Notes under the pieces: model-generated
Told to the model about the DNA's origin: nothing
Seen by the model: only the letters and a program-made list of their open reading frames with translations
Databases searched by the model: none
Position numbers and translations under genes: made by a program
Shown here: positions 40,386 through 52,640 of the stretch, piece by piece
How positions within the stretch are numbered: position 1 is the first letter of the stretch
Layout: each line of letters starts with the position of its first letter
Assembly (NCBI RefSeq): GCF_006345805.1
Contig: NC_043010.1
Location: 46,438,001-46,502,000 of the forward strand
Source: Octopus sinensis
Lineage: Eukaryota
DNA length: 64,000 nt
Direction: 5' to 3'

Positions 40386-41420
40386 TTTGGCTGCTTTCTC
40401 ATTGTACTTAACTCCAAAACAGATTTTACTACTTAGTAGAATACTGTATACTTAACCATGTTTTAATGATTAATACATATGGTTTATATTTTTACTAATA
40501 ATATAAAATAAACTAGCAAGTCTATTTCCTTTAGACTAATTATAAAAAAAAGGTGATACTTTTATTTTGTGGTCATTGCTGTTTAGCCCTGAGTCAACAA
40601 CCTTAGATAGAATTGGTTATTTCGTGCAGGTCAATGGGCCACATAAAGCAGCGGTTCTGAAACATTTCTTTGCTTATGAACCCTTTTGATTCCTATTTTA
40701 CTTGGGTGGACCCTCATAGCTATTTGATATTTTAAAAAAAAGCTATTATATATTTATAATTAAATATATAATAGCTTGTGTGTTGTAATTTATTGCACAA
40801 ATTTTAGCAAAAAAAATCTGACAGGGTCCCCCAAGGCCAAGTTCAGGATGCATTGAGTTGTGTAATATATGATGAAAGGTAAAAGATATTCAGTCATTTA
40901 ATTGGGTTAGATTTATGACATACTCTGCACGAAAAAGCAGACGTATTTTAAAATCAGTCGAGAAAGTAGCTGGAACATTAGGTTCGAAGGGAGATAACTT
41001 CCGCTTAAGCAAATAAATTTGGGATATCTAAATACTGAGGTGTGATAACTAAATATGAAGAACAAGCAATCAGCTCTGTAGGTTTCCCTGATTGATGAAT
41101 GACAAAGTTAGTTGTCGGTTATTTGATTTGAATATGTAAAAATAAATACTGAGCAGGTATTATTGACAATGACGGTTTTATTTTTGTGCAATAAAAATCA
41201 ATTTTAGGAAAAAAAGATTAGCTTATAAAAACTTGTTTGACGATTATCATATATATTTTAGATTATATCAGTGATTGTTAATAAAATAACATCAGTATTA
41301 AAATAAATCTAGAATTAATCAATGAAATTTAGAAGAAAATATTTATAAATAACGAAGATTAAGCTAATTTCTGATGAGTAAATATAAGAAAACGAAATAC
41401 TATATTTCGTTTTTGGATTT

Positions 41421-41586
41421 GGTTTGCAAGATTCTTTATATGAGTTCGTGTGTTGAAGCATATTCTGTTGTGTCTGGGGAGAGTCATTTTATTTTTGTGC
41501 CTTATAATGTAACACACTCATCGGTAAAATTTCCACTTATTTCTTATTTTTATTTTCCTAAAATTTTCGTTGCGTCTTGCAACCTA
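41421..41586. mobile_element. Short MITE-like element with GGT(T)TGCAAGA inverted ends
   Basis: Starts GGTTTGCAAGA, ends TCTTGCAACCTA; homologous to 322-497. Confidence 0.65.
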
Positions 41587-42053
41587 TGAAAAAACAGAAA
41601 TATTAGCACGTTCAAAGAATAATCAGGGGCAAAATTCGGTATCTATAAGTTAAGTAGATCATTTAATTGTTATTTGAAATTATTGATACATTTTACGAAA
41701 GTTACTAACCATTCTTTCTCACCTCCTTGTATTCAAAACTTTTTAGTTCTTCACCGAGTTTTATAGTGTTTTTTTTTTTATTATTATTCAAGGGACACAA
41801 CTTTAATTGGTCCGATAAGTAACTTCAGGGATTACTTTACCTTGAACTATATTACTGTATTAGAAGGGAAATCTAATTATATTTAAACTACTTTCACAAA
41901 TAAAATATTTTTAAAATTTAGCTAATAGTTCATTTCAGCAGACGTACCGAAATATCGTTGTTCAAAAGTAAAATATTGATGTTCTCGGCGAGTTATCAAT
42001 TGTTTGTGATGAAATTGATTAGTTATATACATTTGTGTGTGTTCGTGCTATGT

Positions 42054-42265
42054 GAGCTGGCAGAAACGTTAGCACGCCGGGCGAAATGCGTAGCCGTATT
42101 TCGTCCGTCGTTACGTTCTGAGTTCAAATTCCGCCGAGGTCGACTTTGCCTTTCATCTTTTCGGGGTCGATAAATAAAGTACCAGTTTCGTACTGGGATC
42201 GATGTAATCGACTTAATCCGTTTGTCCCCTCTATGTTTAGCCCCTTGTGGGCAGTAAAGAAATAG
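42054..42265 (+). mobile_element. tRNA-derived SINE (TAAAGAAATAG-tail subfamily), CpG-intact
   Basis: GAGCTGGCAGAAACGTTAGCACGCCGGGCG...GAGTTCAAATTCCGCCGAGGTCGAC...TAGCCCCTTGTGGGCAGTAAAGAAATAG. Confidence 0.9.
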
Positions 42266-43736
42266 TTATGTATTATATATGTGTTGTACGTTTAAAATCA
42301 ACTATTTACTTCTTCAGTTGATATCTGTGATTATATAATACATATTAATAGCAAAAGTTTTTCAAAGAGTTCCTACATGAGATACATGTATATTTTCTTT
42401 GAAATATTAGAGTCAATGCTTGGCTTCAACTCAGAACATAAGACGATAGTCGTTGATAGCATACAGTTAGTTTGGGTTTTTTTGGTTTTTGTTTTCCAGG
42501 AAATTTTTCTCTGGATATGCTTACTTCCTAATTTCTTATAGACAACCAGCATTCCATCCTGCACATGTTTTTGATATAACTTCTTATGTAAATAGCCTAA
42601 GGTGTGTGTGTATATACAGTTAAGTACACCACCTCAATATATACACCAATTTAGATTGTTTGCTTAGATATAATTACTGGCAAATATATTACACCAGAGC
42701 CAAAATATAATCTTGACATCTATCTGTGGATCCAAACCAATAACTCGTATATGTAATATCTCTTATCCTCATCCCAACCTTCCTCCTTCTACCTCTTTCT
42801 TGCATACTCTCTCTCTCTCTCTCCTTTCATTCATTGTTACCTGAGAAAATACAGTTAAAGAAAGAGAAGAAATATGAAATGCACAAGTAGACTTAATGCT
42901 CATTTTTCTATAAAAATATTGTAGTGAGTGGAAAGCTATGTAAGCCACTATATTACCCATTATACATATTTTTTGCAGTTATTTTTAAATGACCTGCTTT
43001 CTTCTCCTTTGTACATCCTTGCTGATTCTTTGCCCCCTATACACTTTACTAATAACTTTTGTTATTCAGCTACATTAGCTACTTCTCAACTTGAAGTAAT
43101 TCATATCTTTCCCTCAGCCAACATTTTCACAAACAAAAAAGAAAGAAAAGAAAAATAAAGGATACCTTTAGAAAAGAACAAAGCAAAACAAAACCAAAAT
43201 TTAAAAAGAAAAAAGATTTTAAGTTTATACTAAAAACAAAACCAAGATGCACAAAAATGTTTGGCCAAATGGACACATACTGATCCTTGCAGCAGCTGTT
43301 TCACATGTAGTGGGAATATTATTGCTGTATACAGAGTCTTGAAAAGCTATTATCTCTACTTATTTACTCTGTTAAATTTTCTATTACAATTGTTGGCAGT
43401 ATTAAACGCAAGTTCCCATCAGCAGGGAAGAGAAAATATTATGTGAGGTTATGCAGTTAAAGGAAGCATCCACTACACTCTAAAATACATTAAATGGAAT
43501 TGCAGATATTTTCTTTCATTTTATTTTTAAATTTGTAACAGACTCAATTCTCTGTTTTCAATTTCGCGATTGAGATACTTATGTCACCACTTGCACCGTA
43601 AAAATCTCCTACTGTGTGTGCATTGTCTGATGTAGGAAGTTGTGGATACCTCAAGGAATCTATTACCGTGAAACCTCTAAGTTGGCGGGTGAAAAAGATC
43701 AGGCCTTTCCATCTTTTTGGACTGTCTTACAAAAAA

Positions 43737-43980
43737 ATGGGAATCTTTGATCTGGAAAGTAACATATGCATTGATTACAAGGTCTTTAAGTCAACAAGTA
43801 TGCAATGCATGAAAGATTCTAGCTCCTCTTGCTGCAGCAGAAGACGACAAAGTATGGATTACTCCTTATATCACAGTACATCAGTTCCATCTCCTTCAGC
43901 CGCTGCCACCTCTGCACCACCTTTGTTTGATAACCCTTTTTCCTATTCTTCTTGTTTTGCACCTGACTTTTTTGAGAAGG
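43737..43980 (+). CDS. neur: Candidate first coding exon of a neuralized isoform (MGIFDLESNICIDYKVFKSTSMQCMKDSSSSCCSRRRQSMDYSLYHSTSVPSPSAAATSAPPLFDNPFSYSSCFAPDFFEK)
   Basis: ATG in AAAATGG context. Open frame ends in a consensus donor AGG|GTAAGT at 43981 in phase 1, joining the NHR1 exon in frame (G+TT = Val). Possible upstream acceptor TTTGTAACAG at 43541. The peptide itself has no recognisable homology. Confidence 0.6.
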
Positions 43981-46530
43981 GTAAGTAAATAAACAACACT
44001 CTGTGTATACAGTTCTTCAATACACATATGCATTCATACATTCATACTTACATCATAACTTACATAATGCATATCATTACAGCACAATCCTCTATATTTA
44101 ATAATGATGACCTCTACATTAAGAAAACACTGTGTCAGTCTCTTAACACTTGTTAAAACATGCAAATTATTTTCTCATTTAATTAGTGATTCAAAACATG
44201 TACTAAAATAACTATAGCCTTGGCTCCTTCTCTTTCTAAAGTTTGTGTGTGTTTGGTGTGTATGTATGACAAATTTAAATGAACATATCATCTCGAAACA
44301 GCTAATCCTTTTCTAGGTTGTTAACTACAGCTGGTAATTTATAGGCCTAAGATGTAAATAACATGAAATAGCTTGACATTGGTTTGAACTTGCATCACAG
44401 GCTCGGTCTTACTCACCTGCCTCTATTTCTCTCTCTTTCTCTCTCTATCTCTGTCACATAATCAATTTGAAGTTTTGATTAATTAATGCACGATTGCTCT
44501 CCAAAATATTAATATTGTGAAATAATCCTTACAGTATAAGTTGTTTCATGTTAATGTTTTCTAGAAAAGAGTAAAGAAGAAAAGTGAACCTACTCAATTA
44601 TTTTTGATATTTTCTTTTGGTGTTATTTATTTAACTTCAAATCATCCCCGTATTACAGATATGGTTCGTACGATTTATTGTTATAAACTTTTAACTATAA
44701 TACATTGGTTTATTTGTCACTACTGCACATTTGAGTCAACAAGAAGCCCAATATCCATTCATTTATCCTTCTTGAAATAGCAGCAAAATTTTATTCATAT
44801 TACCCTCTAGCATCTTTAAAGAAAATAAAAGGTGGGGAATGGGGACAGATGCATTGGATAATGTTGTTAACAAGGTGATCGGAGCTGGGATGTCTTTGAT
44901 CATAGTCCTGAGTTAGGATTTGCCTGGGGTTAAATAAAACAAGATTTAGAAATGAAATTATGTCTCTCATCATTGACTCATTTTATTTCTTCGCAACATA
45001 TTTCTAGAAAACTTTACACTGCTTTAAATAATTTAATATTAATTACTGAAATAGTATAGTGTAGATTATATACACACTACAGTGATTACTCTCTCTTTTT
45101 GCTTTTTCTTTTATTCTTACATATTTCGTTAGATTTGTGTCATTTTATGAATGAATGAAAAATATAAGTCTTTTGTAGCTATTGATATATTTTACAGTTA
45201 ACTATGGATCTCATCATCTGTGAAAATATCTCTAAATTTCTTTGAATTATTATATGCAAGTGATTACATATAATATGCATTGATATCTTTATGTGTTTGT
45301 ATATATAATTTGTACTATGTACATTAAATATATATTTTATACACACACATTACATTTTTTTTTAATATCTACATATATTTACACTTCTACCTGTACATCA
45401 ACCACTATATGCTTATTTTTTTCTAAACTGAAAAACATGAACCACATACTTTCCTATTTACATCATATAATTATATAAGTGTGTGTGGTGTTTGTGTGTA
45501 TGTGTGCGTGTGTGTGTAAATTTAACATCCATGCTTACCTATATATATTTTCATAAGTGTACTTAATTATATATTAAGCTTTCATATTTTAATGAGAAAA
45601 CGCATATGCAAGTGTTCATATTCAAGCATGCTCATTAATGAATTAATATTTCATCTGTGTGGTGCATGTATATGTGTTAGCACATTCCTGTCTACATGTT
45701 TTTGAGTGCTTCATCGAGTTTACTAAAGGTTTACAATGGAATGTCTGTGGTTAAGTACATAATAGTGGTTATTGTAAGCATCTCATGCACTGATGAGAAG
45801 GAGGAGGGGTGGCTTCATAAACATTCTCTCTACTCTCATCCAAGTTTCTCTTTGAGATAACTCAACAGACAGTGACAGTTTCCTCTCTACTAATGCATCA
45901 GCTCTTCCTTCACGATTTCTAACACCCAAGATACAATTTCAGCAGTCTAAAAATAACCTGGGAGATTTTTCACAGCCAACTAATCTTTCGGAGTTACTCT
46001 GCTTCTTTCTTAGCTATTTATTTACTTTTGCTCATTCTGATTTGTAATGCAGACCCAAAGCCCATTTATTAATCCTCAAAGTGTTCTTGTGTTTCTAAAA
46101 ATGGCATCAGATGAAGTTGATCTCCGATAAGTTTGTCAGATGCTTACATTGGCTCCACTGTGTTGCTAATTGCATCATACAAGTAAAAAGACTTGACCAG
46201 AAGCAAGAAAGTAAACAAACAAAAAATAAAGAAGAAAAAAATGAAAAAAAAAATGTTTGCAATGTGAAAAAAGATGTATAGAAATAATTTTAGTAAAACA
46301 ATATTTTTACATGTTTTTTTTTTTAAAAAAAAAGAAAAGATTAGACAATGCTGTGAGATTAATTTGAATATAAACCCTTAACATACCAACTTCCCTGATA
46401 TCTCCCCTAGTTCCATGACATACATCCTGTTTTAGAGTGATCTAAGTTAAAAACCTTTCATATCAATTTAATTTTCTTAATAATGTACTTTTAATTCATC
46501 TGGAAATGCAACTACATGAAGCTTCCAGGG

Positions 46531-46733
46531 CAGTGGTCCCCAAACTGTTTTGGGCTGCCACTGCCTTGGCACTCAGGTCACTTTCCTAGTGTTTCCCTTC
46601 CCTCACTCACCACCACAAACATTAACCACTTTCTGCGGCAAATTCAAAACATTTTTCTTCAATGCCACCGTCCCCCCACGATCTTTCTACCCACTCCCAG
46701 GAGGTACAATGTTGCCCACTTTGGGAACCACTG
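46531..46733. mobile_element. hAT (Charlie-like) MITE
   Basis: TIRs CAGTGGTCCCCAAA / TTTGGGAACCACTG; TSD degenerate. Confidence 0.8.
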
Positions 46734-47218
46734 CTCTAAAGCTTTAAAGTCTTGACTGTTACAAGATAAAAATTAGAGTTGAATAAAATCTGAAAAATAA
46801 CGATGACTAAACCTTCGAATGAATATAAAAATATACTCTAGTAACTGTTAGGATCTCAGAATCTTTTTGTATTGTTTTTGAAATATGGATGGTGCAGGCA
46901 TGACTGCATCACTGAGAAGTTGTCTTCTCAACCATGTCTTTTTGGATTCCATTCCACTGCATAGCACCTTGGGCAAGTGTCTTCTACGACAGCCCTGAGC
47001 TGACCAAAGCCTTGTAAGTGGATTTGGTAGATGGAAACTGAAAGAAACCCATCATGCAAGCCATGTCCTTCATTTCTAATCTTCCATGAAAATATGCTTG
47101 GTTATGAGGAAATATTACCTTAGTTCGTAACAGTGAGCGTTAGCGACAAGAAGTACATTCAGCTATAGAAAACCTACCTCAACAAAATTCTGTCCAACCC
47201 ATCATGATGGTGATGTTG

Positions 47219-47269
<51 letters not shown>

Positions 47270-47276
<7 letters not shown>

Positions 47277-47635
47277 GTATGCCAGGCAAAATAGCTAGTA
47301 GCATTTCACTCACCTTTGCCTTTCATCCTTTTGGGGTCGATAAATTAAGTACCAGTTGAGTACTGGGGTCAATATAATTGATTTACCCCTGTCCCCTACC
47401 TTCCGCCACAAATTCAGGCCTTGTGACTAAAGCAGAAAGAATTATTATTATCATTTTTAATTGTTAGCGACATTTCTCTCATCTTTACATTCTGAGTTCA
47501 AATTCCACTTAGTTTGACTTTGCCTTTCATCCTTTTGGGGTCAATGAAATAAATTGAGGTCAGTGTAACTGACTAGTCCCCTCCCCACAAATTTCAAACC
47601 TTGTGCCTATAGCAGAAAGGATTATTATTATTATG
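47270..47635 (+). mobile_element. Two more head-to-tail copies of the (ATT)n-associated SINE
   Basis: CTTTGCCTTTCATCCTTTTGGGGTC core twice, with GCAGAAAG(A/G)ATTATT tails. Confidence 0.8.
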
Positions 47636-47834
47636 TTTGACTTTTGCTTTACATTTGTACAAATTGGCTCCAAGTCTCACCCTGAGAATTCAAGAGACAA
47701 CAAGTTGGAAGTTCCTGTTGGTGTTATGCCTAGGGTGCCATACATTTGGTTTTGTACATAGTGTTGTTCTAGAGAATGTTTAAGAAACCATAAGAAAATT
47801 GTTTGAGGTCAAGCCTTGTACCTATAGCAGAAAG

Positions 47835-47835
47835 G

Positions 47836-47883
<48 letters not shown>

Positions 47884-47884
47884 G

Positions 47885-47918
<34 letters not shown>

Positions 47919-47936
47919 TATTATTATTATTATTAT
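47835..47936. repeat. Compound (TAT)n(CAT)n(TAT)n microsatellite
   Basis: Direct. Similar compound tracts at 7521-7588 and 51325-51420. Confidence 0.95.
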
Positions 47937-49389
47937 TCACAACCTGAAAATATATTCACTATAATTAGAAACAAAATTACTAAATTAGCATATAGAATCA
48001 TTAAATAATAAAGTCATAATCATTTCCACTACTGTATTACATCATGGTCAACCTTCTAATTAAACCAAGGAATTTTTTTTTGCTTTGCTTTTGTTTTTCA
48101 TTTGCTGATACTACCTGTCAGGTGCAGCTTTTGACAGAAATAATTCCAACACAGAATTTACAGAACTAGAACAGATGTCACAAGTATCTTGTTTGATGCT
48201 GCTCTTAACAGTTTTGTCAATCCATCTCCATGAACTGGTATTTTATTTATTTATTTATTGGCTCTAGAAAGATAAAAAGACGATGTTGACCTCAGTAAGA
48301 TTTTGAACTCAGAATGAGAACAACCAGAACAAACACTGCAAATACTGTGTCAAGTTGACACCATCAATGACTACCAGTTTGCAGCAATAATCAAAACTTC
48401 ATCCTCACTAAAATCATTTTTTTAAAAAAATAGTTCAGATCAAATCATTCATTTTATTTTTATTCTCTTACCTTTTGATGCCTTTTGCATGAGAATTTAT
48501 CAGCACAGCATAAATCAATTATGAGAGAGTTCCATTCATCAGTGCATTTCAGCTATCAATCAATATTAGTTTGGTCAATATTATCAAAGCATTAGACTTT
48601 CTAGCTGATTCTTTTAAGTTCTACTTTATGGGCTTTATTCATTTATATATATTTTTTATTTTTCTAAATGAACTCACCTATATTTAGTCAAAATTTCAAA
48701 TGGAAGTGTCTGCATTTCCTTGGGCTTGTTTTAATCCAGTCAAGATATCATTTTATGACTAACACATACTTCATCCAATTTTGATCCCAATTCATCTAAC
48801 ACTGCCCTTAGTTCTGCGATATAAACTTCTTGCTTTAAAGCAGTGTTTCTCAACCATTTATTTGCCTTTGGACCCCTTTGATATCTGTTTTACTCAGATG
48901 GACCCTCCTAGCCATTTGATGATTAAAAAATTCTATTATATTTGCCGAAGGCACACAGCTCAATGGTTAGAACATCGAGTTCACAATCCTGAGGTAGTGA
49001 GTTCGATTCCTGGAATGAGTTGCGATGTCACTGGTGTCAAGCTGTATCAGTCTTTGCTTTTCCCTTGGATAACATCAGTGGCATGGGGAGAGGTAGTTGG
49101 TATGCATGGATGACTGCTGGTCTTCTATAAACAACCTTAGCCAGACTTGTGCCTCAGAGGAGAACTTTCTGGGTGCAATCCCATGGTCATTCATAACCAA
49201 AGAGGGTCTTTGCCCTTTCTATATAATAGAATCATTAGCACACCAAACAAAATTCTTGGTGGCACTTCTTCCCATTTTACATTCTGAGTTTAAATTCCTC
49301 TGAGGTCAACTTTGCCTTTCATTATTTCTGAGTTGATAAAATAATTACCAGGTGAATGCTGGGGTCGATATAATCAACTGGTTCCATAG

Positions 49390-49715
49390 TTTGTTTTGGC
49401 TTGATTTCTACAGCTGGATGCCCTTCCTGATGCTAACCACTCCACAGTGTACTGCGCACTTTTTATGAGGCACCAGCACTAGTGTTTTTTTTATTATGTG
49501 GCACTAACCCACCTCAATGCTTTTTACATGCCACCTTCGTTTTAGGATCTCAATTTTGTTGTGGTGGACAGGTCTCTTTGAGTATAGCCATGTGCCATGT
49601 CTCGGTTCTGTCTCATCTCCTTCATAAGGCTCAGTGTTTTGAGATCAACCTTCACTACTTTGTCCCATATCCTCCTGGTCTCCCTCTTGCACAACTTCCA
49701 TCTATATAACAATAT
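49390..49715 (-). mobile_element. RTE/BovB-like LINE 3' fragment
   Basis: Minus strand GSCARGRP/RRIWDKVVKVDLKTLSL...RD, then the AAAAAGTG...GAAGGGCATCCAGCTGTAG tail module. Confidence 0.65.
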
Positions 49716-49744
49716 GATATGGGCCATCTGTATAAATATGTGTG

Positions 49745-50130
49745 TGGCTATGTGGTAAGAAGCTTGCTTCCCAACCACATAGTTCTGGGTTCAATCCTAC
49801 TGCGTGGAACCTTGGGCAAGTGTCTTTTACTATAGCTTCAGGCCAACCAAAGCCTTTTAAGTAGATTTGATAAATTGAAACTGAATGAAACCCATTCTAT
49901 ATATGTATGTACCTGTGTGTGTGTTTGTATCTGTATTCCCCCCCTCCCCCATAATTGCTTGACAACTGGTGTTAGTGGGTTTACATCCCCATAACCTAGC
50001 AATTTGACAAAAGGGACTAGTACAAGGCTTTACAACAAAGAATAAGTTCTGGGGTCTATTTGTTCGACTAAAACCCTTCGAGGCTGTGCTCCAAAATGGC
50101 TGCAGTCAAATGACTGAAACAAGTAAGAGA
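49745..50130 (+). mobile_element. Composite SINE ending about 190 bp before the NHR1 exon
   Basis: Colinear with 55660-56025. Confidence 0.85.
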
Positions 50131-50318
50131 ATAAAAGAATAAATATTGAACTTTAAAAAAAAAGGTACTTGGATTAATTTGTTCAAGGCAATACTCCAGC
50201 ATGACAGGTAAAAGATAATAGGTTTCTCATAATCGATTGTTTTTCTTTTTCCAGGCAATACTTTCCATATACACTGATTTATTTTTCTCATATCTTTTTC
50301 TTTTTTTCTCTTTTTCAG

Positions 50319-50813
50319 TTAATAATGGCTCGTATAGTGATTACCCATTGACGTTCCACAAAGTGCATGGACAAAATGTCGTTTTAAACTATGACAGAAC
50401 CAGAGCGTCCCGTGGAGACTCCTTTTGCAAAGGTATCTGTTTCAGCAACCGCCCAGTTGCTATCAATGAGCGTGTCTACATCCGATTTGTGGAGACTTGT
50501 GCCAGCTGGAGTGGCGTTTTACGTTTCGGATTTACAACCATTGACCCAGCGACTTTCAGCAATGCTGAACTCCCACGTTACGCATGTCCAGATCTTACCA
50601 GCATGTCGGGAAACTGGGCGAAGGCATTGGGTGAACGCTATGCAGAATGTACCAATCTTCTCTTTTTCTACATCACTCGAAATGGGGACGTGAGATATGG
50701 AGTGAATGGTGTGGAGAAAGGGGTGTTTTTCAGTGGTGTTTCTACGGCTGGCCCCCTTTGGGCCTTGTTGGATATTTATGGAAACACTGTTTCAGTAGAA
50801 TTTGCAAACCCAG
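50319..50813 (+). CDS. neur: Neuralized E3 ubiquitin ligase, internal exon encoding the first Neuralized homology repeat (NHR1)
   Basis: Translates (V)NNGSYSDYPLTFHKVHGQN...SFCKGICFSNRPV...WSGVLRFGFTT.DP...LPRYACPDLT...WAKAL...GDVRYGVNGVEKGVFFSGV...LWALLDIYGN...EFANP, with the NHR1 motifs of Drosophila Neur/vertebrate NEURL1. Long pyrimidine tract and AG at 50317-50318; donor G|GTAAGA at 50814. Length 495 nt, phase 1-1. Confidence 0.95.
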
Positions 50814-50865
50814 GTAAGATATTGATTTTTTTATCCTCGCTCTTTTTAATATATTATTGTTATTG

Positions 50866-51325
50866 AGTAAGAGAGCAACGCATGCCATCAAAGTGACACT
50901 GGAGTACAAATATATGAAATTCAATATACTCATCATGACCACCCATCTAATAAGGGTACACTAGGCACATGCATCACAACCATGTGTGTGTGACATGGTA
51001 ATCTCATATCAAGATTAAACAGCACATGACCTTACAGGTGGGGGCCCAATTAGAATTTTCTTCAGCTCAAAGGTCCCTGAATAAAGGTTGTTTAAGGATG
51101 TTGAACAAAGCACCCATGTTTCCAGAGATGAATTATTCTAACCCCAAAGAATTCCTTTTGACACATGGCTGTGACATTCCCCCACTACTTCTGCTCATGA
51201 TCAGAGATGCACATATCGTCAGCCATCAAGAGACATGCTCAACTGGTGAAGGTCAAGCAACTGACAAGCAAGTCTGTGCTATTGAGCAGAATATTTGCTG
51301 TAGCCCATCTTTTACACCAAGACAT
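50866..51325. repeat. Probable interspersed repeat embedded in ATT-type microsatellite just after the NHR1 donor
   Basis: About 460 nt of higher-GC sequence bounded by TATTGTTATT and (ATT/GTT)n. No second copy in the window; family not identified. Confidence 0.4.
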
Positions 51326-51366
51326 TATTATTGATATTGTTATTGTTGTTGTTGTTGTTGTTGTTA

Positions 51367-51419
<53 letters not shown>

Positions 51420-52329
51420 GTCTTATTTTTATCATGTGCTTTCACTGCACTACTGAGTGCAGCTCTGTGTGCTGTAGTTTGTTGTGATGTCCTTATTTTC
51501 ACTGTATTGAAAGTGCTTTACATAGGTTGTGTGTACTGTATAGTAGTGCTATTTTCTCTATGTGCGTAGAAGTGCTGTTTTCTGTATGTTATGTAATCTT
51601 GTAAGTCCTGGTGTTTTGGTTATGTATTTGAATGATCTTTTTTATCATAGCTAATGCACCTACTATTATAGGAATTATTTCTGTTTTCATTATTATTATT
51701 ATTTTGCCAAAATCATTTCTGTTTATTATTTATAACTGTTGGAAACATACTCTGGTACTTAGAATGTGTATGTGAGTGTAGATGTGTGCATATGAATAAA
51801 ACACACATAAGTTGCAATGGAGTACTCTATTGTAGGTACTAGTCATTTACTAAGGTTTATTCTTTCCTTCTTCTTTCTCTTTCTGTTTGTCTGTGTCATT
51901 TTTTCTGGAAGAAATTGGCTGTGGTCAGACCCCCAGGTCTGATCATGTTCAACAAGGCAAAAACTATCCATGACATGCTGTATATCATAACACAACCCTT
52001 ACAACTCTATCACGAGTTGAGGGCCCAAAGCAAGATATTCATGTATTTATGACACTGTTAATCTGTATATCATTGGCAGGAAGATGAATTGCTGCTGTCT
52101 CTAGCAATCAAGTGTCCACTCTTGACAAGACCAAGCAAGGTTAAAATCATGCAACCTGGTGGTTTCAGCAGGGATTTATCTCCCTGCTAACAATATAAAC
52201 AAAATTGGATTTTACACCAGAAAGCCAATATGAGAGTTTCTCTTTCTTGGTAACTACTGCAGTATAGTTTGTTCTAACAGAACAGCCATGTTTAAGCAAG
52301 AATTAATATTACCTGTCTATATAATTATG

Positions 52330-52640
52330 TGTGGAGGCGCAATGGCCCAGTGGTTAGGGCAGCGGACTCACGGTCGTAGGATTGCGGTTTCGATTCCCAG
52401 ACCAGGCGTTGTGAGTGTTTATTGAGCGAAAACACCTAAATCTCCACGAGGCTCCGGCAGTGGGTGGTGGTGATCCCTGCTGTACTCTTTCACCACAACT
52501 TTCTCTCACTCTTTCTTCTGTTGGCCTGCTCGCTTAGCCAGCGGGGTGGCATCATTGAAAGCTAAAACAATGTGAAGTGCATTGTGACCAGCGATGTGTA
52601 GCACCATCTGTTGACCTGGTTGGTCACATGATCACGTGAT
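52330..52640 (+). mobile_element. Related tRNA-headed SINE with a different 3' half
   Basis: TGTGGAGGCGCAATGGCCCAGTGGTTAGGGCAGCGGACTC...TTTCGATTCCC...GAGCGAAAACACCTAA...ACTCTTTCACCACAACTTTCT shared; tail differs. Confidence 0.85.

Larger units (their letters stand above)
40921..42300. promoter_or_regulatory. CpG-retaining promoter-like region
   Basis: About 25 CpG in 40921-42000 versus about 4 in 27541-29340 (hand counts). Inr-like TCAGTC at 40954, ETS-like ACTTCCG at 40997, donor-like CAG|GTATTA at 41157. Confidence 0.4.
43981..50318 (+). other. neur: Predicted GT-AG intron (6338 nt) of neuralized
   Basis: GTAAGT donor and TTTTTCAG acceptor with matching phase 1. Confidence 0.6.

Noticed and set aside
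46111-46210. ATG-initiated 33-codon frame ending at a phase-1 GT (possible third neuralized start)
   Set aside because: Donor AA|GTAAAC is weak and the peptide is unrecognisable.
51912-51973. Possible alternative terminal exon after NHR1 (EIGCGQTPRSDHVQQGKNYP*)
   Set aside because: Good pyrimidine tract but an AAG acceptor and no supporting poly(A) context; unsupported without RNA data.
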